From positions 28,575 through 92,574 of the forward strand of contig JAHEGH010000002.1 of assembly GCA_024639825.1 (NCBI GenBank): a DNA stretch of 64,000 nt, written 5' to 3'. Below are positions 62,719-64,000 of this stretch, in pieces; positions within the stretch are counted from its first letter, which is position 1; each line of letters opens with the position of its first letter. A program made the position numbers and the translations under genes. Origin of the DNA: Gammaproteobacteria bacterium (lineage in GTDB: Bacteria > Pseudomonadota > Gammaproteobacteria > Steroidobacterales > Woeseiaceae). The notes under the pieces were generated by a model. The model had not been told where the DNA came from. It ran no database searches and saw only the letters and a program-made list of their open reading frames with translations.

Positions 62719-63498
62719 ATGAAGAAGAAGATTCTCGCAGCGCTCACCGCTGCAACGCTTGTCTTTTACAGCTGGACCACTGCATCTGCTCAGGAAGAGG
62801 AACAGGCCCCGTACGTGGTTCCAGTCGATACGTTTACGTGTAACTACAACGAGGGTAAGGGCCCGGCCGATCTCGAAAAGGCAATCGCGAAGTGGAACAA
62901 GTGGATGGATGGCCAGGGTACCGACACCTATGGCGCCATCGTAATGACGCCCTACTATTACGGCGAAGATTCGTTCGATATTGGTTGGCTCGGCTACTGG
63001 ACCAGCCAGGAGGCCATGGGTGCCGGAATGGATAAGTACCTGGCCGAGGGTGGCGAGTCCGCTCAGGGCTTTAACGACGTCCTGACCTGCGCATCACACA
63101 GTCACTGGGCAACGATCCAACTCAAGGCACCGAGCGCCGCGCAGCAGGAAAAGGGCGTGTTGATGTTCTCGGACTGCAGCATTGAGAGTGAAGACGGATG
63201 GGACGACTTATACGCATCGCTGAAGAAGACCGCGGCCTACATGACCGAGCAGAACTACAACAATGGCATGTGGATGATGTGGCCGGTATTCGGTGCTGGC
63301 GGCGAGTCAACGTACGACTTCAAGTCTGTTACTCACTGGGACAACTACACGGACTTCGGCAAGGCCTACCAGCACCGTGCCAACGGTGGTGGCCGCCAGG
63401 CGCTTAGAGAAATCATGGGCGATCGGCTCGACTGCGATACGTCTCGTGTCTACAACACGAAGACCGTTCGCAACGTTCCTCCACCCGCCGCCGACTAG
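62719..63498 (+). CDS. Hypothetical secreted protein with an internal two-fold duplication
   Basis: Signal peptide ending TTASA. The two halves share a pattern (F.C....E.G..DL......K....M......G......P..G......) and each contains a Cys pair. Confidence 0.5.
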   Translation: MKKKILAALTAATLVFYSWTTASAQEEEQAPYVVPVDTFTCNYNEGKGPADLEKAIAKWNKWMDGQGTDTYGAIVMTPYYYGEDSFDIGWLGYWTSQEAMGAGMDKYLAEGGESAQGFNDVLTCASHSHWATIQLKAPSAAQQEKGVLMFSDCSIESEDGWDDLYASLKKTAAYMTEQNYNNGMWMMWPVFGAGGESTYDFKSVTHWDNYTDFGKAYQHRANGGGRQALREIMGDRLDCDTSRVYNTKTVRNVPPPAAD

Positions 63499-63526
63499 GC
63501 AAAATTTGCTGCGCTAACTGATCTTC

Positions 63527-63564
63527 GCGCACGGCAGGTGGCCTGACCGTCACCTGCTGTGCGC
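63527..63564. terminator. Strong hairpin between convergent genes
   Basis: 14-bp stem GCGCACGGCAGGTG / CACCTGCTGTGCGC (one G-U pair) with a 10-nt loop. There is no clear T tract. Confidence 0.45.
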
Positions 63565-63593
63565 CAGATTGCAGTTCGTGCAATCGCGCACAA

Positions 63594-64000
63594 TCACAGC
63601 TTGAGGTCGCCGCTCGCCCTCAGCTGCTCAGCCCGCAGAGCCTGGGCGGCCATATCGTCACGGATGTGTTGCCGCAAACGCTGAAACTCGGGGTCACCAC
63701 GGATCGAATCGAGGTTCGGGTCGTAATCAAGGAGAACCCACGAAAACACCCGCCAGCCCTGATCAATTGCTTCGCGTAACGCCGCCAGCGCCATTTTCGT
63801 ACGGCCCTGCAATGCGTAAATCTCAACATCGATGATCCAGGAACCCTCCGTACCCATACGCGGTACCGTTTCAACGACGGCAAGCGCTCCCTCCAGCAGG
63901 TCGTCGGCCCGCTCGGATTGGTCAAGGTGCATCAGGACAAGCGCCAGATCCACAGCGGCGAAATAATTATCGCGGTCCACAACAGGTCTCTCATTTTCTG
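63594..64000 (-). CDS. C-terminal part of a helical-repeat (TPR-like) protein, 5' end outside the window
   Basis: The frame stays open upstream of the listed GTG to the window edge. The C-terminus (LDYDPNLDSIRGDPEFQRL) is typical of TPR-ended regulators. Confidence 0.5.
   Translation of the reverse strand, partial: ENERPVVDRDNYFAAVDLALVLMHLDQSERADDLLEGALAVVETVPRMGTEGSWIIDVEIYALQGRTKMALAALREAIDQGWRVFSWVLLDYDPNLDSIRGDPEFQRLRQHIRDDMAAQALRAEQLRASGDLKL

Overview
This is a densely coding, GC-rich bacterial chromosome segment. Gene content and synteny point to a gammaproteobacterium, probably marine, but I cannot assign a taxon from this window. About 55 protein genes are supportable. I recognised no rRNA, tRNA, CRISPR array, transposase, integrase or prophage genes. 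Most of the window is housekeeping: rpoH (5' partial), gcdH, gltBD, hemH, pntAB, priA, argS, def-fmt-rsmB, dprA-smg-topA and hemF. Five things deserve a second look. (1) 8845-14334 holds a complete four-gene dedicated sortase module: a VIT/vWA surface-protein target with a C-terminal FPATAT sorting signal, a class GN sortase, and a divergent OmpR-type response regulator and histidine kinase. The family is named in protein-family databases, but to my knowledge it has not been characterised experimentally. (2) A 64-nt nested palindromic REP-like element sits in frame inside the essential fmt gene. Related copies are read in frame inside the neighbouring capA-like and SPOR genes, next to a 4 x 18-nt coding tandem repeat. 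(3) A tightly packed, partly AT-richer five-gene envelope cluster (secreted protein, GGCT-like, M23 peptidase, zinc-ribbon membrane protein, DUF2784) lies directly behind gltBD. (4) The rsmB-DUF4390-NtrY/NtrX-like arrangement has a regulator whose AAA+ domain lacks GAFTGA and has Arg in place of the Walker A Lys. (5) The ECF sigma operon has four genes with overlapping reading frames. All family assignments come from reading motifs in the supplied translations; no database search was run.
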